Shown one piece after another: positions 18,563 through 28,308 of a DNA stretch of 64,000 bases. The position numbers and the translations under genes were made by a program. The notes beneath the pieces were generated by a model. That model was given only the letters and a program-made list of their open reading frames with translations, searched no databases and was not told where the DNA came from. The first letter of the stretch is position 1. The number at the start of each line of letters is the position of its first letter. Source of the stretch: a virus (taxonomy: Duplodnaviria; Caudoviricetes); the IMG/VR virus record IMGVR_UViG_3300033070_001349, positions 64,001-128,000 of that record; one strand, written 5' to 3'.

Positions 18563-18937
18563 GTGGAAGTCCCCCCGATCCTCAAGCACATGGCGGCCTC
18601 GATCTACCTGAAGGAGTCCCCCGGCCGGACCTCCCTCGAAGAGGCGCGCGCAGCCATGGCGAAGGCCTTTGCCATGGCCCTCGGCCGGTGCGTCTCGTAC
18701 GGCATCGTCACCGTGAACGGGGACAACCCTCCCGCCCTGACCGCCAAGGGCCACGCGATGAACGGCAAGCACCTCCGCCACACCTACGCGGGCAAGACGC
18801 GGCTCTTCGACGCGCTCTACGGCCACGGGAGCCCCTCTTCGGAGGCGGACGTGTCCGGCGTGGACCGGGGCCCGCAGACTGAGGCCCAGCTACACGCCCT
18901 CGAAGAGACCGTCAGGCGCACCGACGTGGAGCTATGA
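18563..18937 (+). CDS. Hypothetical protein
   Basis: GC3-rich ORF. Confidence 0.55.
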   Translation: MEVPPILKHMAASIYLKESPGRTSLEEARAAMAKAFAMALGRCVSYGIVTVNGDNPPALTAKGHAMNGKHLRHTYAGKTRLFDALYGHGSPSSEADVSGVDRGPQTEAQLHALEETVRRTDVEL

Positions 18938-18972
18938 CCAATCCGGGAAGTATGTGCTAGATACCTAGCAAC

Positions 18973-20079
18973 GTGTCACCGGAAGACCTGACGAAACTGC
19001 TTCGATCCCTGGGGTGCGACCGCGTCCGCGCGAAGAGCTCGGGGTGGGTCGTTTCGACGTGCCCCTTCGCCCGGTGGACGCATGACGGGTCGGTGGACTC
19101 CTCGCCCTCCTTCGGGGTCCTGTCTGACCCGGCGGGGGGCGGGTACCGATGCCTCGCGTGCAAGCAACACGGCCCGATCCGCCGGATGCCCATGGTCTTT
19201 GCCGCCTTTGGCGCGATGAAGGAGGCGGCGGCCGTCTCCCGCTTCCTCCGCACGCAGGCGGTGAGCGCCCTCCCGGAGGTCAAGGCTCGGGCGGAGCGAG
19301 CCGTCGACCGGCCGCCTCCGCGCCGGGTGGCGGAGGTGAGGCCCCTGACCGAGCTCCTCACCACCCCCGAGGTCCCGGTCATCGAGGAGTCCGACCTCTG
19401 GCACTTTATGAAGCTCCCCGAGGAGGTCCTCGCCCTCAAGGTCATCCGCAAGCGCACGATCCTCCCGCGGTCGTACGAGGACTGGCAGATCCGGTGGCAC
19501 CCCGGGTCAGGACGAATCGCGATCCCCACCCGGGACGACCGCAAGCGGGTGGTCGGGATCGCCGGTCGCCTCGGGGACGACGCCAACTGCCACGGCTGTG
19601 AATGCCCCTACGTTGAAGTCGAGATCCCCCACGAGACCGACCCCTCGAAGCTCCCGAAGAAGCGGTGGAGGTGCCCCCGGTGCCGCCGGTTCAGGCCCCC
19701 GAAGTACCTCCACACCCCGGGCTTCAAGCGGGACTACTTCCTCTTCGGCGAGGACCGGGTTCAGCGCGGGTGCCGGGTGCACCTCGTCGAGGGGCAGTTC
19801 GACACCGTCGGGCTGCGACAGTGGGGCTACAACGCCCTCGGGGTGATGGGGAGCTACCTCTCGGACCACCAAGCCCGGAAGGTCCTGGCGTGGGCGACCG
19901 AGGTCGTGATCGTCTCCGAGGTGGACTCGGCCGGGCAGAAGATGGCGGCCTCGATCCTCTCCCTCATCGGCCCCTACGTCCCTACCTCGAACCGCGTCCT
20001 CCCGGGGATCGACGCTGACGAGCTCACGCAGGATGCCGCGGCCGAGTTGCTGGGTCCGCCGAACCTCATCCGCCGGTAG
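18973..20079 (+). CDS. dnaG: DNA primase (Zn finger + TOPRIM) with extra Zn-ribbon insert
   Basis: CPF..H..D..PSF...YRCLAC; IAIP.RD...VVG..GR; PKYL; VEGQFD; ALGVMGS; VDSAG. Confidence 0.88.
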   Translation: MSPEDLTKLLRSLGCDRVRAKSSGWVVSTCPFARWTHDGSVDSSPSFGVLSDPAGGGYRCLACKQHGPIRRMPMVFAAFGAMKEAAAVSRFLRTQAVSALPEVKARAERAVDRPPPRRVAEVRPLTELLTTPEVPVIEESDLWHFMKLPEEVLALKVIRKRTILPRSYEDWQIRWHPGSGRIAIPTRDDRKRVVGIAGRLGDDANCHGCECPYVEVEIPHETDPSKLPKKRWRCPRCRRFRPPKYLHTPGFKRDYFLFGEDRVQRGCRVHLVEGQFDTVGLRQWGYNALGVMGSYLSDHQARKVLAWATEVVIVSEVDSAGQKMAASILSLIGPYVPTSNRVLPGIDADELTQDAAAELLGPPNLIRR

Positions 20080-20088
20080 TTTCGGTCG

Positions 20089-20117
20089 TTGACCGCCCGC
20101 CAGGAATGTCCTAGATT
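20089..20117 (+). promoter_or_regulatory. Promoter TTGACC-N17-TAGATT
   Basis: Seen directly. Confidence 0.7.
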
Positions 20118-20179
20118 ACATTCCGTGGCGATGCCACAGAACGGCAACGTGTCGTTGCCTGAAGGAGAGCGAGAGCCTC

Positions 20180-20695
20180 ATGGCACGTAGGATCGTCGAA
20201 ACCATCATCTGTGATCGGTGCACGAAGGTGTACGATCAGCACGTCGCGGGGGGGACGGAGGGGACCGAATCCGCCGCCAACCACGACGTGGTCATCACCA
20301 TCGGCGGGGTCGAGGTCGTCCGCTTCCGGGACCTCTGCGGCCTCTGCGACAAGGTCGTCCACGGCATGATCGACAAGATCAAGCTCTCGGACGAGGAGAA
20401 GGCCCCTGTCTCCACCGCGCCGCCCGGGACCCCGGTGGGCAAGCAGAAGCCCGGCCCCAAGCCCAAGGCCTCCAAGCCCGCCGAGGGGGACAACGCCCCC
20501 GCGGGTGAGACCGCGCCGCCCGAGGCGGCCCCCGTGCAGCCCCCGCCGCTGGAGGCGGCCCCCGCCCAGGCCGTCACGGGCCCCCTCGCCCCCGAGCCCG
20601 CCGCCCAGGCCGAGGCTCCCGCGGCCCCTTCGAGCGCTCCCGTGCCCCCCACCCTGGCCGGTGGCTACGCCGCCGACCCCACCACGCCGTTCTGA
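20180..20695 (+). CDS. Hypothetical protein; N-terminus weakly like a Zn-containing Lsr2 dimerisation domain, with Pro/Ala-rich tail
   Basis: MARRIVETIICDRC...DLCGLC; AAGGAG RBS. Confidence 0.5.
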   Translation: MARRIVETIICDRCTKVYDQHVAGGTEGTESAANHDVVITIGGVEVVRFRDLCGLCDKVVHGMIDKIKLSDEEKAPVSTAPPGTPVGKQKPGPKPKASKPAEGDNAPAGETAPPEAAPVQPPPLEAAPAQAVTGPLAPEPAAQAEAPAAPSSAPVPPTLAGGYAADPTTPF

Positions 20696-20704
20696 GAGGG
20701 GACC

Positions 20705-21616
20705 ATGAACGCCGACAACAAGACCCCCGGCGAGGGCTCCCCCGCCGCCCCCGCCCCCGCCAAGCCCTGGTACTCCACCGGCTACCAGGGCGTCCGCGAG
20801 GAGCGCGTCCGCATCGCGGCCTCGGGCAAGCCCCGCACCTTCTGGCTCAAGCCCGACAGCTCGGGCCACCTCCTCCTCCTCGACGACAAGCCCTTCGTAT
20901 TCGACGCCCACGAGTACAAGCAGGGCGATGAGCGGGAGATCGTGACGTGCCACGCGGGCATCTTCGACGAGCCCTCGTGCTGCGAGATCCTCGGGAACAC
21001 CCGGAGCCTCAACCGCTACGCGGCCTACCCCGCGATCGACCTCGACGGCTACCAGCCCACCGACCCGAAGAAGCCGCGGGTCAAGAACTTCTACACCGTG
21101 CTCCTCGCCAAGGTGGGCCTCGCCTCCCTGCTGGAGAAGGAGCTCGCCGACGAGGGCTCGCTCATCGGCCGCCGCATCCGGTTCTCGCGCTCGACGGACA
21201 AGTCCGCGCGGGCCGGGGACGCGGTGAAGTGCGTCGACTGGGTCGTCGGGTCCGAGAAGGTGAAGTACCTCGACGAGCGGCTCTGGGGCGTCATGTACAA
21301 GCTCGCCGAGTACAAGGGCAAGTCGATCGGGTCGCTCCTGCGCGAGGCCGCCGAGAACCCGGAGAAGTACGAGGCGCTCAACCACACCTTCGACCTCGAC
21401 GCCCTCAAGGACAGGGAGACGGGGAAGCTCATGCTCGGGCGGCTCCCGCTCTTCAACTTCCCCTCGATCTACGCGCCGAAGAGCCCGAAGGAGACCCGCA
21501 TCCTCCTCGCGGGCGCGACCTCCTCGGCGTTCCAGGGCGACAAGTCCAAGGACAAGCCCGACGCCGAGCCGCAGGGCGGCGGCACCGGCCGCGCCGACGA
21601 CACCGTCCCCTTCTGA
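20705..21616 (+). CDS. Putative single-stranded DNA-binding protein
   Basis: Replication context, His/Cys cluster, acidic C-terminal ADDTVPF tail. Confidence 0.7.
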   Translation: MNADNKTPGEGSPAAPAPAKPWYSTGYQGVREERVRIAASGKPRTFWLKPDSSGHLLLLDDKPFVFDAHEYKQGDEREIVTCHAGIFDEPSCCEILGNTRSLNRYAAYPAIDLDGYQPTDPKKPRVKNFYTVLLAKVGLASLLEKELADEGSLIGRRIRFSRSTDKSARAGDAVKCVDWVVGSEKVKYLDERLWGVMYKLAEYKGKSIGSLLREAAENPEKYEALNHTFDLDALKDRETGKLMLGRLPLFNFPSIYAPKSPKETRILLAGATSSAFQGDKSKDKPDAEPQGGGTGRADDTVPF

Positions 21617-21654
21617 CCCGCCCCCGCAACCCACCGGCTTCCCATTCGCCCCCG

Positions 21655-21670
21655 CGAGTCATGTGACTCC
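21655..21670. promoter_or_regulatory. 16-bp quasi-palindrome copy 5 CGAGTCATGTGACTCC
   Basis: Dispersed motif, intergenic. Confidence 0.75.
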
Positions 21671-21718
21671 GGGGGCTGACGCCCTGACGGACCCTTGATT
21701 CCACCTGGAGGCCACCCC

Positions 21719-22111
21719 ATGACGACCCCGCCCTCGACTCCGCCCGTGATGAGCCTCGAAGAGGCGTGCGCCCGCGCCGCCCACGAGGTGAACAACGTGT
21801 ACAACCGCGCGATCGGCGACACGCTCTCCCCCGCGTTCGACGACCTCACCGAAGGGCAGAAGGGCGCGGCGGTGGAGGGGGCCCGCCACACTCTGGCAGG
21901 CGGAAGCGAGGAGGACTCGCACCGGAAGTGGATGGAGGCCCTCCTCGCCGAAGGGTGGACGCTCGGGCCGGTCAAGGACCCCGAGCTCAAGACCCACCCG
22001 AACCTCGTCCCCTACACCGAGCTCCCCAACGCGCAGCGGATCAAGGACACCCTCTTCCAGGCCACCGTCCGCTCGACCGCGGCGGCCGTCACCGCCGCGC
22101 GCGGGGGATGA
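21719..22111 (+). CDS. RyR-domain protein
   Basis: AHEVN...SHRKWM....EGWTLGPVKD...KTHPNLVPY.EL...QR.KD. Confidence 0.85.
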   Translation: MTTPPSTPPVMSLEEACARAAHEVNNVYNRAIGDTLSPAFDDLTEGQKGAAVEGARHTLAGGSEEDSHRKWMEALLAEGWTLGPVKDPELKTHPNLVPYTELPNAQRIKDTLFQATVRSTAAAVTAARGG

Positions 22112-22127
22112 CCCGCTGGGCCCGCCG

Positions 22128-22343
22128 ATGAAGCTCCTCGCCGCCGCCCTCTACCTCGACCGCCCCTGCGCCATCCGCGCGTCCGTGGAGGACGACGGGG
22201 GCCACCGCCGGGTCATCTCCTACACCTGGAGGACGGCCCAGGAGTCCTCCATCCCCGACAGCTACCTCGACGCCCTCCAGGCTGAGTGCGAGTTCCAGCG
22301 CGCCGCCGAGCTCGCCAAGGACCAGGGCCGACTCCTCCCGTGA
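22128..22343 (+). CDS. Hypothetical protein
   Basis: Short ORF coupled to helicase start. Confidence 0.5.
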   Translation: MKLLAAALYLDRPCAIRASVEDDGGHRRVISYTWRTAQESSIPDSYLDALQAECEFQRAAELAKDQGRLLP

Positions 22344-24952
22344 CGAGCCCGACCCCCACGAAGGTCATCGTCGACTCGATGGCGTGGGTCAGGAAGAGCG
22401 ACCTCGCCGAGGTCCAGCTTGAGGCCCTGCGCCGGAACCTCACCCTCATCCCCAAGGCGGGCCCCTACGGCGACGCCCCGGCCCCGATCCTCCTCTACCA
22501 GGAGAACGCCGAGTGGTTCGGGATGGCGCGCGCCTACTACCTCGCCCGCCGCCAACCCCACCACGAGGTCGAGTTCCGATGCCGCCCCGGCGCGGCGTGG
22601 CCCGAGGGGCTTACCTGGAACCCCGAGGTCACCCTCCGCCCGGAGCAACAGCGCGCCCTCGACGAGGTCACGACGGCCTTCCGCGGCGGCGTGCTCGGGG
22701 GCATCGTCCGGGCCGCCCCGGGGTGGGGGAAGTGCGCCGTCTCCTCGACCTCCTTCGTCGACTCCACCACGGGGAGGAGAGAGACGATGGGGGCCTCGGT
22801 TGGTCGGCCCGTGGTCGTCCCCTCGCTCACCCCCGAGGGGCGGATCGAACATCGGTCCGTCGAGCGGGTGTGGTACGCCGGGAAGAAGCCGTGTCTCCGC
22901 ATGGTCCTGGCCTCGGGCCAGAACTTCGGGGGGAGTGAAGATCACCCGGTGCTCACGGCCTCGGGCTACAAGGCCCTCTCCTCCCTTCGGGTAGGTGAGC
23001 TCGTGGCAACCGCGCGCTCCGTCCCGGCACCCGAGGGGGCCCCCTCCCTCACCGACGCCGAGGTACTCCTTTCCGCGGCGCTCTTGATGGACGGATCGAC
23101 CAACCACACGTCCACCATCTACTGCAAGGGGGACCCGATCTTGACCGCCACGGTCCGGGCCGCTGCGATAGAGGTCGGGGGCCCCGACACGATCGGTCGC
23201 GAGTGGTTCGACCAAGGAGCCTACTACCTCGGGCTCTGCGGCCTCATCCCGTGGAGTGCTCGGCATGACCTACGCGGGCTCTCGAAGACCAAGCGGGTCC
23301 CTGCTCACTTCTTCGGCCTCGGAGACGCCCAGCTCGCACTCTTCCTTCGGTGGGTCTACACCGACGGGAATGTCTACGCGAAGGCTCCGCGGAAGGTAGA
23401 GCTATCCATGGCCTCCGAGGGCTTCATCGACGACGTTCAGTACCTCCTCCGGCGCTTCGGGATCGTCGCCCGTAAGACCTACGCCCCCAAGTCGATCAAG
23501 AACAAGGTCACCGGAGAAAAGAAGTTCTATCCCGCGTGGCGCCTCCAGATCGCCGACGCTCCGAACCTCGTCCGCTTCCTCGAAGCCATCGGGCCCGTGC
23601 CGGGGAAGGAGGCGGCCTGCGTCGAAGTCCTCCAGCACGCCCGCGGGGTCTCCTCCAACCCGAACTGGGACGTGGTTCCCGTAGGGTCGAAGGAGCTCGC
23701 CGAGATCCGAGCCCAGGACCGCACGGGGGTGTGGGCTCGGGTCAAGGCCGCCGCGGGGTCCTACATCGGCCGGGACCGCTTCCTTCGTCTCTGCAAATCG
23801 AGTGGCTACGACGGCTCCTACCGCTCCTTCGCTGACGCCGACATCGTGTGGGAGAAGGTGAAGTCGCTCGAAGACCTCGGCGTTCAGGACGTGTACGACC
23901 TCACCGTGCCGGGGACGGAGAACGCCGTCGTCAACGCCGGGGTGGTCATCCACAATACGGTCTACTCGCTCCGGCTCATCGCCGAGCTCAAGGTCCCGAC
24001 CCTCGTGGTGGTGCACAAGGAGTTCCTGGCAGACCAGTGGCTCGAACGGATCCACGGCAACCCGAAGAAGGGCCTCAAGCCCCTCCTCCTCGGGGCCAAG
24101 GTGGGCATCGCCCGCGGCGACCAGCTCGACTTCAAGGGGAAGCACATCGTCATCGGCATGGTGCACACCCTCGCCTCCAAGGACTTCCCCCTGGAGTTCC
24201 TGCACTGGCCCGGCCTCATCCTCCCGGACGAATGCCACCGCATCGCGGCCCCGACGTGGAGCCCCACCCCCGGCCGGTTCCCCGCGCGGTGGCGCCTCGG
24301 GGTCTCGGCTACCCCTCGCCGGAAGGACGGCGCCGAGCGGGTCTTCCTAGACCACCTGGGCCCCGTGATCTTCAAGGGCGAGGAGCAGCGGCTCCCCTTC
24401 CGCGTCCGCCGGGTGTGGACCGGCTACAAGCCCCCCAAGGGCGGGCACGCCCACCTGTCGGGCCCGGCGGGGAAGGTGATGCTCCTCACGATCATGCTCG
24501 CCAACGCGGCCCGCAACGGGGTCATCGTCGAGCAACTCGTGGCCGCGATCCGCGCGGGCCGCAAGGTCATCGTCCTCTCCGAGCGCCTCGACCACCTCGA
24601 CCGGCTCGACCAGCTCCTCCTCGCCGCGTGGACCGGGGACTGGGGGCCGCTCCCGACCACCGGCCGCTACGTGGGGGGGATGACCTCGGAGGACCGCGAG
24701 GTCTCCGAGGGGAAACAGGTCATCTTCGCGACGTTCCAATACGCGGCCGAGGGCCTCGACATACCGCCGCTCGACACCCTCTTTCTGGTCTCCCCGGCCT
24801 CGGACGTGGAGCAGGCCGTGGGTCGCATCCGCCGCCCCTACGAGGGGAAGAAAGAGGCAGTCGTGGTCGACTTCCGGGACGAGAACGTGTCTTTCTGCGC
24901 CAGGGCCGCGGACGCCCGCGACAAGTTCTACCGGAAGTCCGGGGTGGTGTGA
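22340..24952 (+). CDS. SF2 DEAD/DEAH-like helicase (UvsW/XPB-like) containing a LAGLIDADG intein
   Basis: LRPEQ, APGWGK|intein|T, DECH, SATP.R.DG, EGLDIP.LD, QAVGRI.R. Confidence 0.9.
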   Translation: MTSPTPTKVIVDSMAWVRKSDLAEVQLEALRRNLTLIPKAGPYGDAPAPILLYQENAEWFGMARAYYLARRQPHHEVEFRCRPGAAWPEGLTWNPEVTLRPEQQRALDEVTTAFRGGVLGGIVRAAPGWGKCAVSSTSFVDSTTGRRETMGASVGRPVVVPSLTPEGRIEHRSVERVWYAGKKPCLRMVLASGQNFGGSEDHPVLTASGYKALSSLRVGELVATARSVPAPEGAPSLTDAEVLLSAALLMDGSTNHTSTIYCKGDPILTATVRAAAIEVGGPDTIGREWFDQGAYYLGLCGLIPWSARHDLRGLSKTKRVPAHFFGLGDAQLALFLRWVYTDGNVYAKAPRKVELSMASEGFIDDVQYLLRRFGIVARKTYAPKSIKNKVTGEKKFYPAWRLQIADAPNLVRFLEAIGPVPGKEAACVEVLQHARGVSSNPNWDVVPVGSKELAEIRAQDRTGVWARVKAAAGSYIGRDRFLRLCKSSGYDGSYRSFADADIVWEKVKSLEDLGVQDVYDLTVPGTENAVVNAGVVIHNTVYSLRLIAELKVPTLVVVHKEFLADQWLERIHGNPKKGLKPLLLGAKVGIARGDQLDFKGKHIVIGMVHTLASKDFPLEFLHWPGLILPDECHRIAAPTWSPTPGRFPARWRLGVSATPRRKDGAERVFLDHLGPVIFKGEEQRLPFRVRRVWTGYKPPKGGHAHLSGPAGKVMLLTIMLANAARNGVIVEQLVAAIRAGRKVIVLSERLDHLDRLDQLLLAAWTGDWGPLPTTGRYVGGMTSEDREVSEGKQVIFATFQYAAEGLDIPPLDTLFLVSPASDVEQAVGRIRRPYEGKKEAVVVDFRDENVSFCARAADARDKFYRKSGVV
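22733..23956 (+). mobile_element. Intein (408 aa) with LAGLIDADG endonuclease in the helicase Walker A
   Basis: GK|CAVSS...VYDLTV...VIHN|T; LLMDGS and VYTDGN motifs. Confidence 0.92.
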
Positions 24953-24955
24953 TTC

Positions 24956-24984
24956 TTGACAACGCCTCCCCCCTATGCTAGATT
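24956..24984 (+). promoter_or_regulatory. Promoter TTGACA-N17-TAGATT, leaderless to ATG 24991
   Basis: Seen directly. Confidence 0.75.
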
Positions 24985-24990
24985 AGACCC

Positions 24991-25821
24991 ATGTTCGACT
25001 ACAATCAGTGGTATGCGCAACACGGCGCGGACGTGAACGCCCGCCGGAAGCGGCGGTACGGGGAGGATCCCAAGTACCGCGAGCGCGTCCAGGCCCACAA
25101 CGCCGACTCGCGCAAGAGGACCCGCGCGCAGCGCCGCGCGGCCCGGAACGAGGAGGAGAAGGCCAAGGCCACCACGAACACTCCCCGGTGGAAGGAGACC
25201 ACGGTCACCTCCGACGGGGCCCCGGTCAAGGCGTTCTCCATCGGCGCCCTCGCCGCCATCACCCGGCGCTCCATCCAGAGCCTCCGGGCGTGGGAGCAAG
25301 CGGGGATCATCCCCGGCGCGGACGCCCGCTCCGCCCGCGGGGACCGGCTCTACACGGTGCCCCTTCTGGAGCGCATCTACGACACCCTGGAGCGCGAGGG
25401 CCGCCTCCGGGAGACTGGCCGACAGCACGCGGCCGTCCACCACCTCGCCAAGACCGTCCGCTTCGCCGACGGGACCGAGAAGGTGCTCCCGCTGTTCCTG
25501 GTGGGGGCCCTCGCCAAGGGCCTCGGCCGGACGATCGTCACGGTGCAGTCGTGGATCCGGCTCGGCGCGCTCCCCGAGACCCCCCTGCGGGCCTCCATCC
25601 GGCAGTACCGGCTCTACACGGAGCCCATGATCGCCGCGGCCGTGAAGCGCCTCCGCGAGGTCGGCGACTTCCGGGCCTCGGAGGAGCGCCGCCAGGAGTT
25701 CCACGACAAGGTGCACGCCGACTGGAAGGCCGCGGGCTTCCTGACGGCCACCCTCGTCGAGGGCGAGCCCGTCGCCTCCGAGCCGCCCCCGGTCACCCCC
25801 GACCCCACCCCCGACACATGA
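24991..25821 (+). CDS. DNA-binding protein with two MerR-type HTH domains
   Basis: FSIGALAAITRRSIQSLRAWE..G.IP...RLYT and VGALAKGLGRTIVTVQSWI..G.LP...RLYT. Confidence 0.8.
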   Translation: MFDYNQWYAQHGADVNARRKRRYGEDPKYRERVQAHNADSRKRTRAQRRAARNEEEKAKATTNTPRWKETTVTSDGAPVKAFSIGALAAITRRSIQSLRAWEQAGIIPGADARSARGDRLYTVPLLERIYDTLEREGRLRETGRQHAAVHHLAKTVRFADGTEKVLPLFLVGALAKGLGRTIVTVQSWIRLGALPETPLRASIRQYRLYTEPMIAAAVKRLREVGDFRASEERRQEFHDKVHADWKAAGFLTATLVEGEPVASEPPPVTPDPTPDT

Positions 25822-25883
25822 TCCGGTCGACCGCCTCCGCCGCCGTGTGGTGGCGGGTAACCACCTACTGGAAGAGGACGAAG

Positions 25884-26171
25884 ATGAGCGAGACACTCGG
25901 GGACCGGCTGGTCCCTGTACCGATCGACAACCCCGGGGCCCCGGCGGCGAAGGTGACCCTGTCCCTGTCCCGCACCGTGAACCTGGGCGACTTCAACTCC
26001 GTCAGGGCCGAGGTGGGCGTCGAGCTCCCGTGCTCCGCCACCGCCGACGCGATCGAGGCCTCCCACGAGCGGGCCGTCGCGTGGTGCACCAAGAAGATCG
26101 CCTCGCTCCTCCCGGCGGAGCCCCCGCCCGCCGCCCGCGCCTCCAACGGCGCCAACCCCTTCGGAGGCTGA
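25884..26171 (+). CDS. Conserved phage hypothetical protein
   Basis: SRTVNLGDFNSVRAEVG motif; GAGG RBS. Confidence 0.65.
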   Translation: MSETLGDRLVPVPIDNPGAPAAKVTLSLSRTVNLGDFNSVRAEVGVELPCSATADAIEASHERAVAWCTKKIASLLPAEPPPAARASNGANPFGG

Positions 26172-26177
26172 GAGACC

Positions 26178-27389
26178 ATGGCGAAGCAGAAGAAGCCCCC
26201 CAAGGGTGCCGCGGAAGAGCCCGATGCCCTCGAAGGCGAGGTCCTCGAAGGGTCCGAGCTCCCCCTCGACGCCGTCCTCAAGGCCCCGGTCGCCCCCACC
26301 GGCCCCCTCTCGGTGAAGGAGCGCATGGCGAAGCTCCTCGCGAGCCCGGCCATCAAGTCCCTCGCGAAGGACGGGACCATCACCACGGTGGCCTCCACCG
26401 CCCTCGCGGTTCCGCGGGTCAGGACGCACGCCATCCTCTTCGACCTCGTGATGCGCGGGGGCTTCCCCACGGGGGTGATCCACCACTGGTACGGGCCGAA
26501 GTCGAGCGGGAAGACCACCCTGGCCCTCCTCTGCATCGGGGTCATGCAGAAGACCTGTTCGTGCTGTTCGCAGCCCTTCTCCGAGTCCCCCGCCTGTTGC
26601 GCGACGCCGCGCCGCACCGTGTGTGCCTTCATCAACATGGAGGGCATCCTCGACAAGACCTGGGCCGCCCAGCTCGGGGTCGACCTCGACCTCCTCGTCT
26701 ACGCCTCCTTCCGCGCGGGCGAAGAGGCCTGCGACATGGTGGAGGCCCTCCTCGCCTCGGGCGAGGTCGACCTCGTCGCCATCGACTCCCTCGCGGCGCT
26801 CACCCCGCAATCCGAGCTCAACAAGGCCGCCGCCGACGTGGACGTGGGGTCGCAGGCCCGCCTCGTCCACCGCCTCGTGCGCAAGACCGTGAGCCACATG
26901 AACGCGGCTGGCAACGCGACGAAGCGGCGGCCGACGATCATCTTCATCAACCAGATCCGCATGAAGGTGGGCGTGGTCTTCGGCAACCCCGAGACCACCT
27001 CGGCGGGCAACGGGCCCGGCTTCGCCGCCGCGATCGAGCTCCGGTTCTCTGCCCCCGAGTACCAGAAGGACAAGGACGACAACCCGCTGGCGGTCACCCT
27101 CAAGCCCAAGGTGGAGAAGAGCAAGCTCTTCCCCGGCAAGGGCGAGAGCGCGGAGCTGGTCCTCGCGCAGCGACCCACTGAGCACACCCCCGTGGGGGGG
27201 ATCCTCGACGCCCCGGTCCTCGTCAGCCTCGGCGTCCAGGCGGGTCTCGTGGAGGGCGCGGCCCCGAACATCACCTGCCTGGGCAGGAGCTTCCGCGGCA
27301 AGTCCACCCTGGAGATGGAGCTCCTCAAGGACCCCGGCTTCGCCTCCCAGCTCCGCGACTCGATCTTCGCGGTGATGCTCTCGCCATGA
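26178..27389 (+). CDS. recA: RecA/UvsX-like recombinase
   Basis: GGFPTG...YGPKSSGKTTLAL, AIDSLAAL, QARL, IFINQIRMKVGVVFGNPETTSAG. Confidence 0.92.
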   Translation: MAKQKKPPKGAAEEPDALEGEVLEGSELPLDAVLKAPVAPTGPLSVKERMAKLLASPAIKSLAKDGTITTVASTALAVPRVRTHAILFDLVMRGGFPTGVIHHWYGPKSSGKTTLALLCIGVMQKTCSCCSQPFSESPACCATPRRTVCAFINMEGILDKTWAAQLGVDLDLLVYASFRAGEEACDMVEALLASGEVDLVAIDSLAALTPQSELNKAAADVDVGSQARLVHRLVRKTVSHMNAAGNATKRRPTIIFINQIRMKVGVVFGNPETTSAGNGPGFAAAIELRFSAPEYQKDKDDNPLAVTLKPKVEKSKLFPGKGESAELVLAQRPTEHTPVGGILDAPVLVSLGVQAGLVEGAAPNITCLGRSFRGKSTLEMELLKDPGFASQLRDSIFAVMLSP

Positions 27390-27985
27390 CCGACTCTCCC
27401 CCGACGCCCAAGTGGGCGCTCCCGTCGACCCGGCGGTTCAAGCGCTCCCAGAAGCAGGAGCGCCGGGTGGGGGAGGCCCTCGGGGGGCGCGCGCTCCCGC
27501 GCTCGGGCGGGGTGAAGGCGGCCAAGGGGCCGGACTCCCCGACCCTCGACGGCGACTTCCGAACCCCGACCCTCCACGGCGAGCACAAGCGCACCGAGAC
27601 CCAGGAGATCCGGGTGGAGTCCGAGTGGTTCGTCAAGGTCACGGCCGGGGCCGCCCGGTGCCACAAGGTGCCCGTCGTGGTCCTACTCCTCGAATCCGTC
27701 GTCGGAGACGACCGCGAGTGGATCTTCCTTCCCTTGAGCTACGCCCAGGCCCGGATGGGCGAGCTCCTGCGCGACCCGAGCGCCTGGGAGGGCGCCGAGC
27801 TCGCCCCCCGGCCCGGGTGCCGGTCGTTCCTGTTCCGGGCGTCGGTCGCCTCCGCCCTACACGCGCTCGCGGGCGACAAGCTCCCCCTCTTCCTCCTCAC
27901 CTGGGGTATGAACCTCGGGGCGACCGCCCAGGTGTGGGTCGGCGCTCCCCTCGCGCGCCTCACCCCCATGCTTCGAGAGCCATGA
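27386..27985 (+). CDS. PD-(D/E)XK nuclease, Holliday junction resolvase-like
   Basis: SQKQERRV...LGG...SG...GD......EHKRT. Confidence 0.7.
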   Translation: MTDSPPTPKWALPSTRRFKRSQKQERRVGEALGGRALPRSGGVKAAKGPDSPTLDGDFRTPTLHGEHKRTETQEIRVESEWFVKVTAGAARCHKVPVVVLLLESVVGDDREWIFLPLSYAQARMGELLRDPSAWEGAELAPRPGCRSFLFRASVASALHALAGDKLPLFLLTWGMNLGATAQVWVGAPLARLTPMLREP

Positions 27986-28308
27986 GCGCCAACGACCGCA
28001 CCCTCCTCGCCCTCTCCGAGCGGGCCCTCCGGCCTACGGACAGGGCCCTCGTCCTCCTCTCGGAGTCCCCGAGTGGGGGCCTCGACGTAGCCCTGGTGTG
28101 CCGCCTCTGCGAGGCGGACTACCTCCCCCTCGAAGACGGCTCGTTTCTCTGCCGGGCGTGCAACCTCCGCATCCCTCCGGGCGAAGTGGAGGCACACGTC
28201 GTGGCCTTCGACTGGGTCGTGGCCTCTGCCCTCCTCCACCGGCCCGCCGGGCTCTTCGACCGGATCCGCCGGGTCCTGCGCATGGCGAGGCTCGCGTGGT
28301 CACCCTGA
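27982..28308 (+). CDS. Hypothetical Zn-ribbon protein
   Basis: CRLC...CRAC; ATGA coupling. Confidence 0.55.
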   Translation: MSANDRTLLALSERALRPTDRALVLLSESPSGGLDVALVCRLCEADYLPLEDGSFLCRACNLRIPPGEVEAHVVAFDWVVASALLHRPAGLFDRIRRVLRMARLAWSP

